Shown: positions 48,790 to 61,689, numbered from the stretch's first letter. The stretch: 64,000 nucleotides of DNA from Squalus acanthias (GCA_030390025.1 JASTWF010000036.1:3474001-3538000), one strand, 5' to 3'. Notes: a model not told the origin generated them from the sequence alone. Numbers and translations: made by a program.

Positions 48790-51548
48790 GGATGTTGGGT
48801 GATGTACTTCAAGGATAGAATAAAAGGAAAAAGGGGTGGGGTAGCATTGCTGGTTAAAGAGGAGATTAATGCAATAGCTAGGAAGGACATCAGCTTGGAG
48901 GATGTGGAATCAATATGGGTTGAGCTGCAGAACACCAAAGGGCAGAAAACGTTAGTGGGAGTTGTGTACAGACCTCCAAACAGCAGTAGTGAGGTGGGGG
49001 AGGGTATGAAACAGGAAATCAGAGGTGCGTGCAAAAAAGGCACGGCAGTTATCATGGGTGACTTTAATATGCATATAGATTGGGCTACTCAAACTGGAAG
49101 CAATACGGTGGAGGAGGATTTCCTGGAGTGTTTAAGGGATGGTTTCCTAAACCAATATGTTGAGGAACCAACTCGAGGGGAGGCCATCCTGGACTGGGTG
49201 TTGTGTAATGAGGAAGGACTAATCAGCAATCTTGTGGTACGAGGCCCCCTGGGGAAGAGTGACCATAGTATGGTGGAGTTCTACATTAGGATGGAGAAGG
49301 AAACAGTTAAGTCAGAGACCATGGTCCAGAACTTAAATAAGGGCAACTTTGATGGTATGAGGCGTGAATTGGCGAGGTTAAATTGGCAAGCGATATTTAA
49401 GGGGCTATCAGTGGAAGGGCAATGGCAGACATTTAGAGATCGCATGGATGAACTACAACAATTGTACATCCCGGTCTGGTGTAAAAATAAAAAAGGGAAG
49501 GTGGCTCAACCATGGCTAACAAGGGAAATCAGGGATAGTATTAAAACCAAGGAAGTTGCATACAAATTGGCCAGAAGTAGCAGCAAACCCGGGGACTGGG
49601 AGAACTTCAAAACTCAGCAAAGGAGGACGAAGGGTTTGATTAGGGCAGGGAAAATAAAATATGAAAGGAAGCTTGCAGAGAACATTAAAATGGACTGCAA
49701 AAGCTTCTATAAATATGTAAAAAGAAAGAGGTTAGTAAAAACAAACGTAGGTCCCCTGCAGTCGGAAACAGGGCAAGTCGTAATGGGGAACAAGGAAATG
49801 GCAGATCAATTGAACAAGTACTTTGGTTCGGTGTTTACTGTGGAGGACACACACAATCTGCCGGAAATAAAAGGGGTCAGAGGATCTGGTAAGAGGGAGG
49901 AGCTGAGGGAAATCCTTATTAGTCGGGAAAAGGTATTGGGGAAATTGATGGGACTGAAGGCTGAAAAATCCCCGGGGCCTGATGGTCTGCATCCCAGAGT
50001 ACTTAAGGAGGTGGCCTTGGAAATAGTGGATGCATTGACGATCATTTTCCAACATTCCTTAGACTCTGGATCAGTTCCGATGGAGTGGAGGGTGGCCAAT
50101 GTAACCCCTCTTTTTTAAAAAGGAGGGAGGGAGAAAGCAGGGAATTATAGACCGGTCAGCCTGACATCGGTCGTGGGTAAAATGATGGAAGCAATTATTA
50201 AAGATGTCATAACAGACCATTTGGAAAGTGGCGACATGATAGGTCCAAGTCAGCATGGATTTGTGAAAGGGAAATCATGCTTGACAAATCTTCTGGAATT
50301 TTTTGAGGATGTTTGCAATAGGGTGGACAGGGGGGAACCAGTAGATGTGGTGTATTTGGACTTTCAGAAGGCCTTCGACAAGGTCCCACACAAGAGATTG
50401 GTGAGCAAAGTTAAAGCACATGGGATTGGGGGTAATGTGTTGACGTGGATTGAGAACTGGTTGGCACACAGGAAACAAAGAGTAGGAGTAAATGGGTACT
50501 TTTCAGAATGGCAGGCAGTGACCAGCGGGGTACCGCAGGGTTCGGTGCTGGGACCCCAGCTGTTTACATTATATATTAATGATTTGGACGAAGGGATTAA
50601 ATGTAATATCTCCAAATTTGCGGATGACACTAAATTGGGAGGCAGTGTGAACAATGAGGAGGATGCTAGGAGGCTACAGAGTGACTTGGACAGATTGGGT
50701 GAATGGGCAAATGTATGGCAGATGAAGTACAATGTGGATAAATGTGAGGTTATCCACTTTGGTGGTAAAAATAGAGAGGCGGACTATTACCTGAATGGTG
50801 GCAGATTAGGGAAAGGGGAGGTGCAACGAGACCTGGGCGTCATGGTACATCAGTCACTGAAGGTGGTAATGCAAGTGCAGCAGGCAGTCAAGAAAGCAAA
50901 CGGAATGATGGCCTTCATAGTAAGGGGATTTGAGTACAGGAGTAGGGAGGTGATGCTGCAGTTGTACAGGGCCTTGGTGAGGCCACACCTGGAGTATTGT
51001 GCGCAGTTTTGGTCTCCTAACTTAAGGAAGGACATTCTTGCTATTGAGGGAGTGCAGCGAAGGTTCACTAGATTGATTCCTGGGATGGCCGGACTGACAT
51101 ATCAAGAAAGATTGGGTCAACTGAACTTGTATCCTCTGGAGTTCAGAAGAATGAGGGGGGATCTTATAGAGACATTTAAAATCCTGACTGGTTTAGACAA
51201 ATTAGATGCGGGCAGAATGTTCCCAATGTTAGGGAAAACTAGAACCAGGGGTCACAGTCTAAGGATTAAGGGGAAGCCATTTAAGACTGAGCTGAGGAGG
51301 AACTTCTTCACCCAGAGAGTGGTGAATCTATGGAATTCTCTTCCACAGAAGGTTGTTGAGGCCAGCTCGCTAAATATATTCAAAAGGGAGTTAGATATAA
51401 CACTCACAACTAGGGGGATCAAGGGGTATGGCGAGAAAGCAGGAATGGGGTACTGAGGTAGCATGTTCAGCCATGAACGCATTGAATGGCGGTGCAGGCT
51501 CGAAGGACCGAATGGTCTACTCCTGTACCTATTTTCTATGTTTCTATG
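48790..51548 (+). mobile_element. Young CR1 LINE, near-complete ORF2 (APE + RT) with one frameshift
   Basis: ORFs 48787-50118 (GGVALLVK, VYRPP, MGDFN, SDH) and 50173-51456 are separated by a frameshift in the T/A run at about 50111-50120. (ttctatgt)n tail. Confidence 0.95.
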
Positions 51549-52714
51549 GTCATTGCTATCTCTTGGAACTCATCTTTGATCGCCTTTGGGGGTTGGAGAG
51601 GAATTTCCCAGATTTCCTTTTTCCCTTTTTCCCCTGAATTGGCCTCGGGTTATTTTTGTAAAAATCTTTTTTGTTTGGGTCTCCCAGGAGATTACATGGC
51701 GGCTGGTGGGTGGGGCACATTGCGTCATGTTGCTTAGCTGTAACATGGCTGAATGGGACAGACTTGATGGACAAGCTGGGTTTTTTCTCCCCGTCTCTTT
51801 GTATGTTCTAACCTGTTGACCAGCTTCTAACTCATGCTAGAAAGCCCGAACGTGTGAATGAATGCTGGATGAGGATTTAATTGAGCATAGTTGTAGTGAC
51901 CCCAAGGTCGAGCATGCTCATGCTCACTGTCTAGACTCGCATATGAAGAACGGCTGCTTGGACGAGATATAGGAGAGCTATTGTACCCATGGAACTTTAC
52001 CCTAGTAATGGTCAGCACCTTGAGGGGAGGAAAGAAATTAAAAAATATATAGCCCATGTGTACATGCTATCCACCTCATTAACGTACATTACGAAGCCTC
52101 AAAACGATTCAACTAATTAACATAATCATCTATATCTACTTTCTGTTCTAGTTGATCACTACACATCTAATTATAAATATTATTACATGCCCTAAACCAA
52201 CACACTACATTCTAGAAGTTCCTAGTTTTCCCTTGAACTGTGCAATGTGTAACCAGCTTCATCAATCACAATTACACAGTTATGTACTCAGCCATGTTTG
52301 TACTCAGCTACAGAAACTGTCGCAGGTGCCATCTTTCACGTGGACGTAAGAGATCCCATGCCACTATTTGAAGAAGAATCCTGGCCAACGATCTCCAGGA
52401 AAGACTGGAGAATCTGGTGTTCCTTACCCTTGAAAGAAGGCGACTCAGAGGGGACTTTATAGAAATGTACAAGATATTATTTAATGCCACAAGTAAGATT
52501 AATCTAGAGCACTTCTTCAAGGTATGATAGATTATTAGAACTATGGCATAGGTTAAAACTAGTGAAAAGAAAGTTTAGGAAAGATATCAAGAACAACTTT
52601 TTCAATCAAAGCGACATTAACACCTGGGATGACCTTCTAGGTAAGACAGTGGGAAAAAAACCCTAGACTCATTCAAGATCCAATTAGATGATGAGATTAC
52701 ATAGTATTTTTTTA

Positions 52715-53320
52715 AATTCATTCCTGGGATGTGGGCGTCGCCAGCAAGTCCAGCATTTATTGCCCATCCCTAACTGGCCTCGAGAAGGTGGTGGTGAGCC
52801 GCCTTCTTGAACTGCTGCAGTCCGTGTGGTGAAGGTCCTCCCACACTGCTGTTAAGGAGGGAGTTCCAGAATTTTGGCCCAGCGACAATGAAGAAACGGC
52901 GATATATTTCCAAGTCAGGATGGTGTGTGACTTGGAGGGGAACTTGGAGGTGGTGGTGTTCCCAGGCGCCTGCTGCCCTTGTCCTTCTAGGTGGTAGAGG
53001 TCGCGGGTTTGGGAGGTGCTGTCGAAGAAGCCTCGGCGAGTTGCTGCAGTGCATCTTGTAGATGGTACACACTGCAGCCACGTTACGCCGGTGGTGGAGG
53101 GAGTGGATGTTTAAGGTGGTGGATGGGGTGCCAATCAAGCGGGCTGCTTTGCCCTGGATAGTGTTGAGCTTCTGAGTGTTGTTGGAGCTGCACTCATCCA
53201 GGCAAGTGGTGAGTATTCCATCACACTCCTGACTTGTGCCTTGTACTGTAGATGGTGGGAAGGCTTTGGGGAGTCAGGAGGTGAGACACTTGCCGCAGAA
53301 TACCCAGCCTCTGACCTGCA
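52715..53320 (-). mobile_element. LINE family B 3' fragment
   Basis: Minus ORFs YKAQVRSVMEYSPLAW and IGTPSTTLNIHSLHHRR, homologous to 3212-3895. Confidence 0.85.
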
Positions 53321-53809
53321 CTTGTACATATTATTTACAGCACAGAAACAGGCCATTTGGCCCAACTGGTCCATGCCGGTGTTTATGCTCCACACGAGCC
53401 TCCTCCCACCCCTCTTCATCTCACCCCATCAACATATCCTTCTATTCCTCTCTCCCTCATGTGTTTATCCAGCTTCCCCTTCAATGCAGCTGTGCTATTC
53501 ACCTCAACTACTCCTTGTGGTAGCGAGTTCCACATTCTGGTAGCGAGTTCCACATTCAATGAGAGGATATAGGGCTTCTCGTCTGATTGGAAGATCTAAG
53601 GTGGGCTGAATGGTTCCCCTCATCTGTATCCATCTTGTCTTTGTTTAATTAAGGTGCCACAGGTGTAAAACCGTGAGCCAGCACCTTCGGGAGAAAATTG
53701 GAGGTAAAACTTCTCTTTGCTATTTAAAAATGTGATAACCTCAAATTAATACTCTCTTAAATTTAGGTCCAACTCCCCAGGACAAATGTGATCACTACGA
53801 CAGTATATG

Positions 53810-54240
53810 CTAGGACCACAAAAGACATTTCTTCACTCAGAGGGTTGTGAACGATGTACCCTTTAAGCTGCGTGGCTGCGCAGCGCTCCAGGGGTCCCGT
53901 GCAGCTGGCGAGCCGGCTTCTAAATTGAAAAAAAAACGCGTGCGTGCAGACTTTTGAATGGACCACGCAGCCTGTTAAAGGGGCCGCGCGGCCCCCCAGA
54001 AATTACGGGGAACGTTGGTTGTGAATCTTTGGAATTCTCCACCCCAAAGGGCTGTGGAGGCTCAGTCGTTGAGTATATTCAAGGCTGAGATCGATAAATT
54101 TTTGGATATTAAGGGAATCAAGGGATAGGGGGATAGTGCAGGAAAGTGGAGTTGAGGTAGAAGATCAGCCATGATCTTATTGAATGGCGGAGCAGGCTCG
54201 AGGGACCTTATGGCCGACTCCTGCTCCTATTTCATGTTCT
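53810..54240 (+). mobile_element. CR1 3' end interrupted by a hAT MITE
   Basis: cttcactcagagggttgtgaa|tctttggaattc followed by a standard CR1 tail. Confidence 0.85.
53852..54017. mobile_element. 166-bp hAT-type MITE
   Basis: Perfect 8-bp TSD GTTGTGAA (53844-53851, 54018-54025). Imperfect TIR CGATGTACCCTTTAA / TTACGGGGAACGTTG. Confidence 0.85.
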
Positions 54241-55120
54241 TAAAAGGAAAGCTTTCGAACACCCTGAAAGCTTACCAAGGCCCTACAACCTATACGCAGA
54301 ATTGGCCTGGTTCTGTAAATCATGGTATGTTGAAAGTCAGCTGAGAATCTTGTGTAGAAGGAGATTAGCAAACCATGAGCTACTTACCATCTCGTGAGTG
54401 ACTCTCCCATGAAGGCAAACTCTGTACAGCTAAAAGCTGCAAACAATAAGGCCATACACAGTACCGGAATATGAACACGAGAACCAGGCGTAACAATTAC
54501 TGTGAAGTGGTACTGAGCGCCTTCTGATTCGAAATGGAAGAACAAAAGCTTGAAATAAAGGATGTGAGTTTTTTAATTTATTTTAAATAGTTTTCGTTTT
54601 CTTTTGACTAACTGCTATAAGATCACTGTTCCACACGTGAACCAGTTCTGGAGCATGTTTCTAGGTAGCTGTGTACAATCAGTTCCTGAACCTCGAATGA
54701 GCTTGGCTTGTACATTGCAGGTTTTGAAACTGGTGTCCGTGGACCCAAGGGTGTCCGTGAGGTCGTCTGATTTCTGTCCGTCTGGGGATGGATCTATTGT
54801 GCACCATAAGCACACTTTTCTGTATTTGTTCACTTAAACCAGCCATTGTTTCTGTTGCTCACTGTTTTCCTTTGGGTAGCTGACGCTGTCTTTCCATTAG
54901 TTAGAAGAAGGGACCCCCCGGAAGTGTGTCAGTATTTGCAGGGGGTTCCAGGGAATGGTCCAATATTTGCAGGGGGCTTTCAGTGTGAGAAGATTATCTA
55001 GATGTAAACCCTTTTTCAAGCAGCTTGATCAGTTCTCAACATGGAGAGGATGATAACGATTTAAGAGCAGTAAGGGGTGCTCTCGGCCTAGCACAGGATG
55101 ACCTTAGTCACAGAGTCAGA

Positions 55121-55954
55121 GGGCTGGATTTTGTCAATGGGGACGTGATGGAGGCGGGACTCCCACTTTTTGGGTTGTAGTCCCGCCTCCATCGACTTGT
55201 GGCCAACCCACTGTATTTTCCCTTGATTGACCTTGTTAAGCCCGCCCAGCGGGCTCAGCAGGCCAATCAAGGGTCCCTTGGATACAGGTGACGTCAGCCA
55301 TTGAAATTTCATCTGTCAAGAGCTTTTGACAGATGAAATTTCAGCGTTTGACAGCTCTGTGAAGCTGGCAAACACTCACAATATGCTTTCTAACGTGAGT
55401 CCCTGTACTTAGACTCAGTTAGAAATCAATCCAGCACAGAAAGCAGAGGCTGCAGCTTTTGACAGCTCCGCGGCCATTCTGCTTTCTGTGCCGTGGATGT
55501 GAGGGACTCCCGACACCTTAGCCTGCAGGACAAAGTTAAGGTAAGTACAAGTTCTTAAAACACTTTACACACACCAAACACACTTACCTCTGCACTCATG
55601 CACCCATCACTCACCTGCACACCAGACATCTCGACCCCTCCAAGCCCTCCAGACTGACGGTCCGCCTCGCTAAATCGGCTGGTTCGGACCTGTCGGGAAG
55701 CCCACACTTCAGGGCTAAAAATAGGGATTAGGCAAAAAACTGCCTGTTAACTACCTGTTAAGAGGCAGTTTATTGGCACTAATCCCCTTCCCGCCTCGGG
55801 GAGGCAGGTCCCAGCACAGGTCGGGTACCCGCCTCCTGTGAAACTGGCATGGAGGCGGGTTGGGGGCGGGATCGGTTCGGGACCCCCGAATCTGCTATTT
55901 TCCCACCCCATACGCCTCCAAACCCGCCTCCACGGATCAATGAAAATTCTGCCC
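55121..55954. mobile_element. Harbinger-type MITE with asymmetric arms
   Basis: Ends GGGCTGGATTTT ... AAAATTCTGCCC. Flanks AGA/ATA lie within the (atagagtc)n tail of the adjacent CR1. Homologous to the 37066 and 26913 elements. Confidence 0.82.
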
Positions 55955-58100
55955 ATAGAGTCATAGAGTTATACAGCACAGAAAGAGGCCCTTCGGCCCA
56001 TCGTGTCTGCACCGGCCATCAAGCCCTGTCTATTCTAATCCCATTTTCCAGCACTTGGTCTGTAGCCTTGTATGCTATGGCGTTTCAAGTGCTCATCTAA
56101 ATGCTTCTTGAATGTTGTGAGGGTTCCTGCCTCTACCACCCTTTCAGGCAGTGAGTTCCAGATTCCAACCACCCTCTGGGTGAAAAAGTTTTTCCTCAAA
56201 TCCCCTCTAAACCTCCTGCCCCTTACCTTGAAACTATGCCCCCTGGTTATTGACCCCTCTACTAAGGGGAAAAGTTCCTTTCTATCTACCCTATCTATGC
56301 CCCTCATAATTTTGTACACCTCAATCAGGTCCCCCCTCAGCCTTCTCTGCTCTAAGGAAAACAACCCCAGCCTGTCCAGTCTCTCTTCATAGCTGAAGCA
56401 CTCCAGCCCAGGTAACACCCTGGTGAATCTCCTCTGCACCCCCTCTCCAATGCAATCACATCCTTCCTATAGTGTGGTGACCAGAACTGCACACAGTATT
56501 CCAGCTGTGGCCTAACTAGCGTTTTGTACAGCTCCATCATAACCTCCCTGCTCTTATATTCTATGCCTCGGCTAATGAAGGCAAGTATCCCATATGCCTT
56601 TTTAACCAACTTATCTACCTGTCCTGCTGCCTTCAGGGATCTATGTACATGCACACCAAGGTCCCTCTGATCCTCTGTCCTTCCTAGGGTCCTACTATTC
56701 ATTGTGTATTCCCTTGCCTTGTTAGTCCTCCCAAAATGCATCAACTCACACTTTTCAGGGTTAAATTCCATTTGCCACTGTTCTGCCCATCGTCCTGTAG
56801 CCTGAGGCTTCCCTCCTCGCTATTTACCACTCCACCAATTTTCGTGTCATCTGCGAACTTACTGATCATACCTCCTACATTCATATCTAAATCATTAATG
56901 TACACTACAAACAGCAAAGGACCCAGCACCGATCCCTGCGGTACACCACTGGACACAGGCTTCCAGTAACAAAAACAACCTTCGACCATCACCCTCTGCC
57001 TCCTGCCACTAAGCCAATTTTGGATCCAATGTGCCAAATTGCCCTGGATCCCATGGGCTCTTACCTTCTTGACCAGTCTCCCATGTGGGACTTTGTCAAA
57101 AGCCTTACTGAAGTCCATGTAGACTACATCAACTGCGCTACCCTCATTCACACACCGAGTCACCCCCTCGAAAAATTCAATCAAATTGGTTAGACATGAT
57201 CTCCCCCTGACAAAGCCATGCTGACTATCCTTGATTAATCCTTGCCTCTCCAAGTGGAGACTAATTCTGTCTCTCAGAATTTTTTCCAATAATTTCCCTA
57301 CCATTGATGTTAGGCTCACTGGCCTGTAATTCCCTGGTTTATCCCTACTACCCTTCTTGAATAATGGTACTACGTTAGCTGTCCTCCAGTCCTCTGGCAC
57401 CTCCCCTGTGGCCAGAGAGGTTCTGAAAATTTGTGTCAGAGCCCCTACAATCTCCTCCCTTGCTTCACACAGCAGCCTGGGATACATCTCGTCTGGGCCT
57501 GGGGATTTATCCACTTTTAAGCCCACTAAAACCGCTAGTACCTCCTCCCTCTCAATACTAATTTGTTCAAGTATATCACAATCCCCCTGCCTGATTTCTA
57601 TGCCTACATCGTCCTTCTCCATAGTGAACACAGATGCAAAATATTCATTTAAAACCTCACCCACATCTTTCGGCTCTACACACAGATTGCCACTTTGGTC
57701 CCTAATGGTCCCTAATGGTCCTTGGTTATCCTCGTGCCCTTAATATACTTATAAAACACCTTGGGATTTTCCTTTATTTTGCCTGCCAGTGTTTTTTCAT
57801 GCCCCCTCTTCGCTCTCCTAATTTCTTTTTTAAGTACCCCCCTGCACTTCCTATACTCCTCTAGGGCTTCCACTGTTTTTAGTCCTTTGTATCTGCCAAA
57901 AGCCTCCATTTTTTTCCTAATCTATTCTTGTATATCCCTTGACATCCAGGGTTCCCTGGGCTTGTTGGTCCCACCCTTGACCTTTACGGGAACATGTTGG
58001 CATTGTACTCTCTCTATTTCCTTTCTGAAAGACTCCCACTGCTCTGATGTGGATTTTCCTACAAGTAGCTGATCCCAGTCCACTTTGGCCAGATCCTGCC
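55955..58100 (-). mobile_element. 5'-truncated CR1 LINE
   Basis: Minus ORFs 56035-57909 with GNYRPVSLTS, VYMDFSKAFDKVPH and KFADDTKI. Confidence 0.93.
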
Positions 58101-58149
58101 TTCTGAAAGGTTTCTAATATTCCCAATTTTGGGAATGTTTCCTATGTTT

Positions 58150-58360
58150 AAAAAGGCATGTGTGTGCTTAATCCTCAGTTCATATCTCCATGTCCAAAAG
58201 TACCTCACTACTGAGGTGTTCAGACAACTGGTTGGACACTCTATCTTGTAACATTCTCTTTTATAATCCAGATTGTGACCTTTGCTGTTTTATTTTTCTC
58301 CCAACAAACCAAACATGACCTTTGTAGGGTAGGACTTCATCTGCAGGTGATACTTAGGTG
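58150..58360 (+). promoter_or_regulatory. Candidate RDH5 promoter / non-coding first exon
   Basis: Non-repetitive cluster: CATGTG 58157, TAATCC 58169 and 58264, TTATAA 58261, TGACCTTTG 58276 and 58316, donor-like CAG|GTGATA (58347) and TAG|GTGGGT (58358), about 530 bp upstream of the ATG exon acceptor. Confidence 0.35.
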
Positions 58361-58904
58361 GGTGGGGACAGGGATCCATTATACAGATCCCCATCCATTT
58401 TTCTGCCCACTTGACTTTTGGCATCACTTTCACCGTATGCTGGATATACCCGCCCAAATCTGGCCAGTTGCCTTTCAACAAGGCGGTAATGTCATGCATC
58501 CCGTTTCCTGCCATTCCTGCCTCATTCACAGTGGATGGTTTTTTTTTCTACTACTGACTACTGCTTGCCATCTATCTTTGAATTAGATTTAAGTTTTGTA
58601 CAGTGCATTCATGGAAGATGCTGATGATTTCTCTTGCCTTACCTGCACTGGTCAGATCATTCAACTTTTTGTGGCAGACTAGGGATCAAACTTGGGACCT
58701 TGCTCGTCTGTACGACTCAGTTCTACATTGGGTAGTGTATTTACCAATCAATCCATCAGGCCACCTTCCGCTCATTACATATTGTGCTAATTCAAGTCAA
58801 AGGAGAACGATAACTTGTGTGATTTCATATTGTGAACCAGTTATGATGACTTTCTCGGATTCAAATGTTCTGTCTCTTCCTCTCAGGTACTTCAAACAGA
58901 CCTC

Positions 58905-59217
58905 ATGTGGGCGTATCTCCTCACTGCTGTTTTTCTGCTTGCCATTGGCTGGTTTATCAGGGACCGTCAGAAGATCCGAGATGTCAAAGACAAGTATGTC
59001 CTTATCACTGGATGTGACACGGGCTTTGGCAACCTCTTGGCAAAGCGCCTGGACCGGCAAGGATTCCGTGTCCTTGCTGGCTGCCTGACACAAAAAGGAG
59101 TGGACACCCTGCAGAGGAGCAACTCATCCATACTGAAAGCTGTCTTGCTCGATGTGACTGATTACAGCAGTGTGCAGAAAGCAGCGGACTGGGTCCAGGC
59201 AGAGGTGGGAGAGAAAG
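58905..59217 (+). CDS. RDH5: RDH5 (11-cis-retinol dehydrogenase, SDR family) first coding exon; exon begins at 58887
   Basis: MWAYLL...RDRQ...VLITGCDTGFGNLLAKRLD: N-terminal membrane anchor plus Rossmann TGxxxGxG motif. Acceptor ctctcAG at 58885-58886, donor G|GTAACT at 59218. Lies downstream of BLOC1S1 as in human. Confidence 0.9.
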
Positions 59218-59815
59218 GTAACTGTGAGCCTGATCTGGTGATCCTAGATTAACATTCAAGGAAAAGTCTTGTTCTTTTAACAATTTGAACAAGATAAAGC
59301 ACTGTGGCGAACTGCTACTGACAAATCCACTTCAGTTCTTGCATCGCTATCCCCAGTAATACCTCACGATGCTGTGGCCAATTATGGCGCCTTCTATAAC
59401 CGTCCGGTTGAGATCAGGTAACTTGGCACAGTTTTCACCTGCCATCCATGCTTTCCAGTCACTAAATAGTCACCAGGAATGGGAACTTTGGCTGATTTTC
59501 CCCTCCTTGGAGCATCATAAAGCACCCAAGATACTGAGGTACTGCTGCTAAAGCCACCTGGTTGCGATCAGTCATCTCAGCACAGACCAGGCATTGAACA
59601 TGTGATTTCCTGGTCTGCATGACTCTGTTCTACACTGGTTAGTGCCCTCACCAACTGAGCCATCACACAGCCCTTTTTACCATAGCTTCATGATGTGATC
59701 CAATAACCATGAATTTGGACAGCTACAAGGTAAACCTTGCCTTCTGCTGTCTTCTCATGACTTCTTTCTGTACTCGAGAACTATGAGGCATTAGCCAGGC
59801 AGTTCTAGCACACAA

Positions 59816-60102
59816 GGGGTAAAAATTGGGTAGCGCTCCCTTTGGGGCGTTACCTTCGCCGGGGCGCTAACTTTAGCGCCCCAAAAAAGTTAGCGCCCCC
59901 ACAGCCGATTTTCCCAGGTAGCGCCCCGAGCCAATATTGCGGCGCTACCTGCCGCAGCATCACGTCGCGCTGCGGTACTGCAGGCCTTCCTCCCCTTATT
60001 AACGGTTAGCGCCACTGCTAACCTCCCGCTGAATTTTGCGGGAGGTGTTAGCGGTGCCGCGCCCAGGCGCTAGTTGATTTGCGCCCCGTTAGCGCCCTCT
60101 TA
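59816..60102. mobile_element. Truncated TAGCGCC-family MITE in an RDH5 intron
   Basis: Left end GGGGTAAAAATTGGG; blocks match the 15292-15945 element. Confidence 0.7.
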
Positions 60103-60396
60103 GAAATGATTGCTCTCTGGTTAAGAGTGCCCATTCCAGGTGTGCTTGTATTTTGCAAAACAGAGGTTTTGATTGGTCAAGAGTCTCGTAACAATGTGTG
60201 AAAGGTAGCCCAACACAGAAGATTCCAAACATACCATTGACGCAAGGGCTGATAACAGACAAATCACATTACTCTTGTGGTTTACAGTCTCGCTCCTGGT
60301 CTGAGTGAAGAAGTAACAAACGGGAACACCCCAAAATCTACCGGTTTCAGCAGCAATTCTTGAACGTGAACGTTACCTTTCCCCTTTCTTTTACAG

Positions 60397-60655
60397 GCCT
60401 CTGGGGGTTGGTCAACAACGCGGGCAGAGCTATTCCCATTGGCCCAACAGAATGGATGACGATGGAGGATTATTATAAGGTCCTGAATGTGAATTTGATC
60501 GGATTGATGGAGATTACGCTGACCTTTCTCCCATTGGTTAAAAAGGCCAGGGGGCGGGTGGTGAATGTGGCCAGTGTTATGGGGAGGATATCGTTTGCAG
60601 GTGGTGGATACTGTCTCTCAAAATGTGGAGTGGAGTCTTTCTCTGACAGTCTGAG
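60397..60655 (+). CDS. RDH5: RDH5 coding exon 2 (259 bp)
   Basis: LWGLVNNAG...[13 protein letters not shown]...[19 protein letters not shown] contains NNAG and the catalytic YxxxK. Acceptor ttacAG at 60395-60396, donor AG|GTTAG at 60656; phases are compatible with flanking exons. Confidence 0.92.
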
Positions 60656-60949
60656 GTTAGCATCGCCACTTTCATTCACTTTCACCTTCAGGGTCAAACT
60701 AACATTGGTGCCAGTTAAAGTGTAAATATCACAAAACTGCAGAAATGTTCTTAAATTTCAGCAACACAAAGATGTTTGCACAAAAGTAACCTTTCTTGAC
60801 TCGCTGTGTGGAGTCCTTCTTTTATTAAAAAGAAAGCACTGTTCTAAAGGTGTACAATTAATCTCAACATTTCTTTTCAGATTTTATTTTTTGTCTATTA
60901 TTACTGATCTTTCGGAAACTGGTCACGGTATTGACTGTATTTGGATGAT

Positions 60950-61130
60950 GTCAGCCGTGGCTCAGTGGGTAGCACCCTCGCCTCTGAGTCAGAAGGTTGT
61001 GGGTTCAAGTCCCACTCCAGAGACTTGAGCACAAAAATCTAGGCTGACACTCCAGTGCAGTACTGAGGGAGTGCCGCACTGTCGGAGGTGCCATCTTTCG
61101 GATGAGACGTTAGATCAAGACGTCGTCTGC
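60950..61130 (+). mobile_element. Deu-domain SINE 5' half in an RDH5 intron
   Basis: Nearly identical to 12225-12405. Confidence 0.8.
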
Positions 61131-61214
61131 CCATTCTGCTGTGGTGGTGTCATGGATTCCAGCTCCAATCATGATTTTCTGGGGAGTAACTCGTGTGAAA
61201 AGCAGGATTTTTGT

Positions 61215-61620
61215 TAGGTACGGGTATCAAGGTATATGGAGCTAAAGCGGATACATGGAGTTGAAATACAGATCAGCCATGATCTAATTGAATAGCGGAG
61301 TAGGCTCAAGAGGCTGAATGGCCTCCTCCTGTTCCTATGTTCGAGATCTCTGCGCTCCTCCAGTTCTGGCCTCTTGTGCATCCCTGCTTGTCTTCGCCCC
61401 ACCATTGGCGGCCGTGCCTTCAGCTGCCTAGGCCCTAAGCTCTGGAATTCCCTCCGTAAACCCCTCCGCCTCTCTCTCCTCCTTTAAGTCACTTCTTAAA
61501 GCCTACCTCTTTGACCAAGTATTTGGTCACCTGTCCTAATATCACTTTATGTGGCTCGGTGAAGTGTCTTGGGGCGTTGTTATCTACGATAAAGGTGTTA
61601 TATAAATGCAAGTTGTTGTA
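61215..61620 (+). mobile_element. CR1 tail (61215-61342) followed by an L2 3' end (61343-61620)
   Basis: gatcagccatgatc...ctcctgttcctatg, then L2 sequence matching 39225-39535. Confidence 0.75.
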
Positions 61621-61689
61621 TGCTATCAGTTTAGGAACATGCCTTATGCACTGAATCTTGTACATTTCCACTGTCTATTTTTTTCTTAG

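Noticed and set aside
53518..53557. 20-bp tandem duplication (similar small ones at about 29048 and 57698)
   Set aside because: Ordinary slippage or junction duplications inside LINE fragments.
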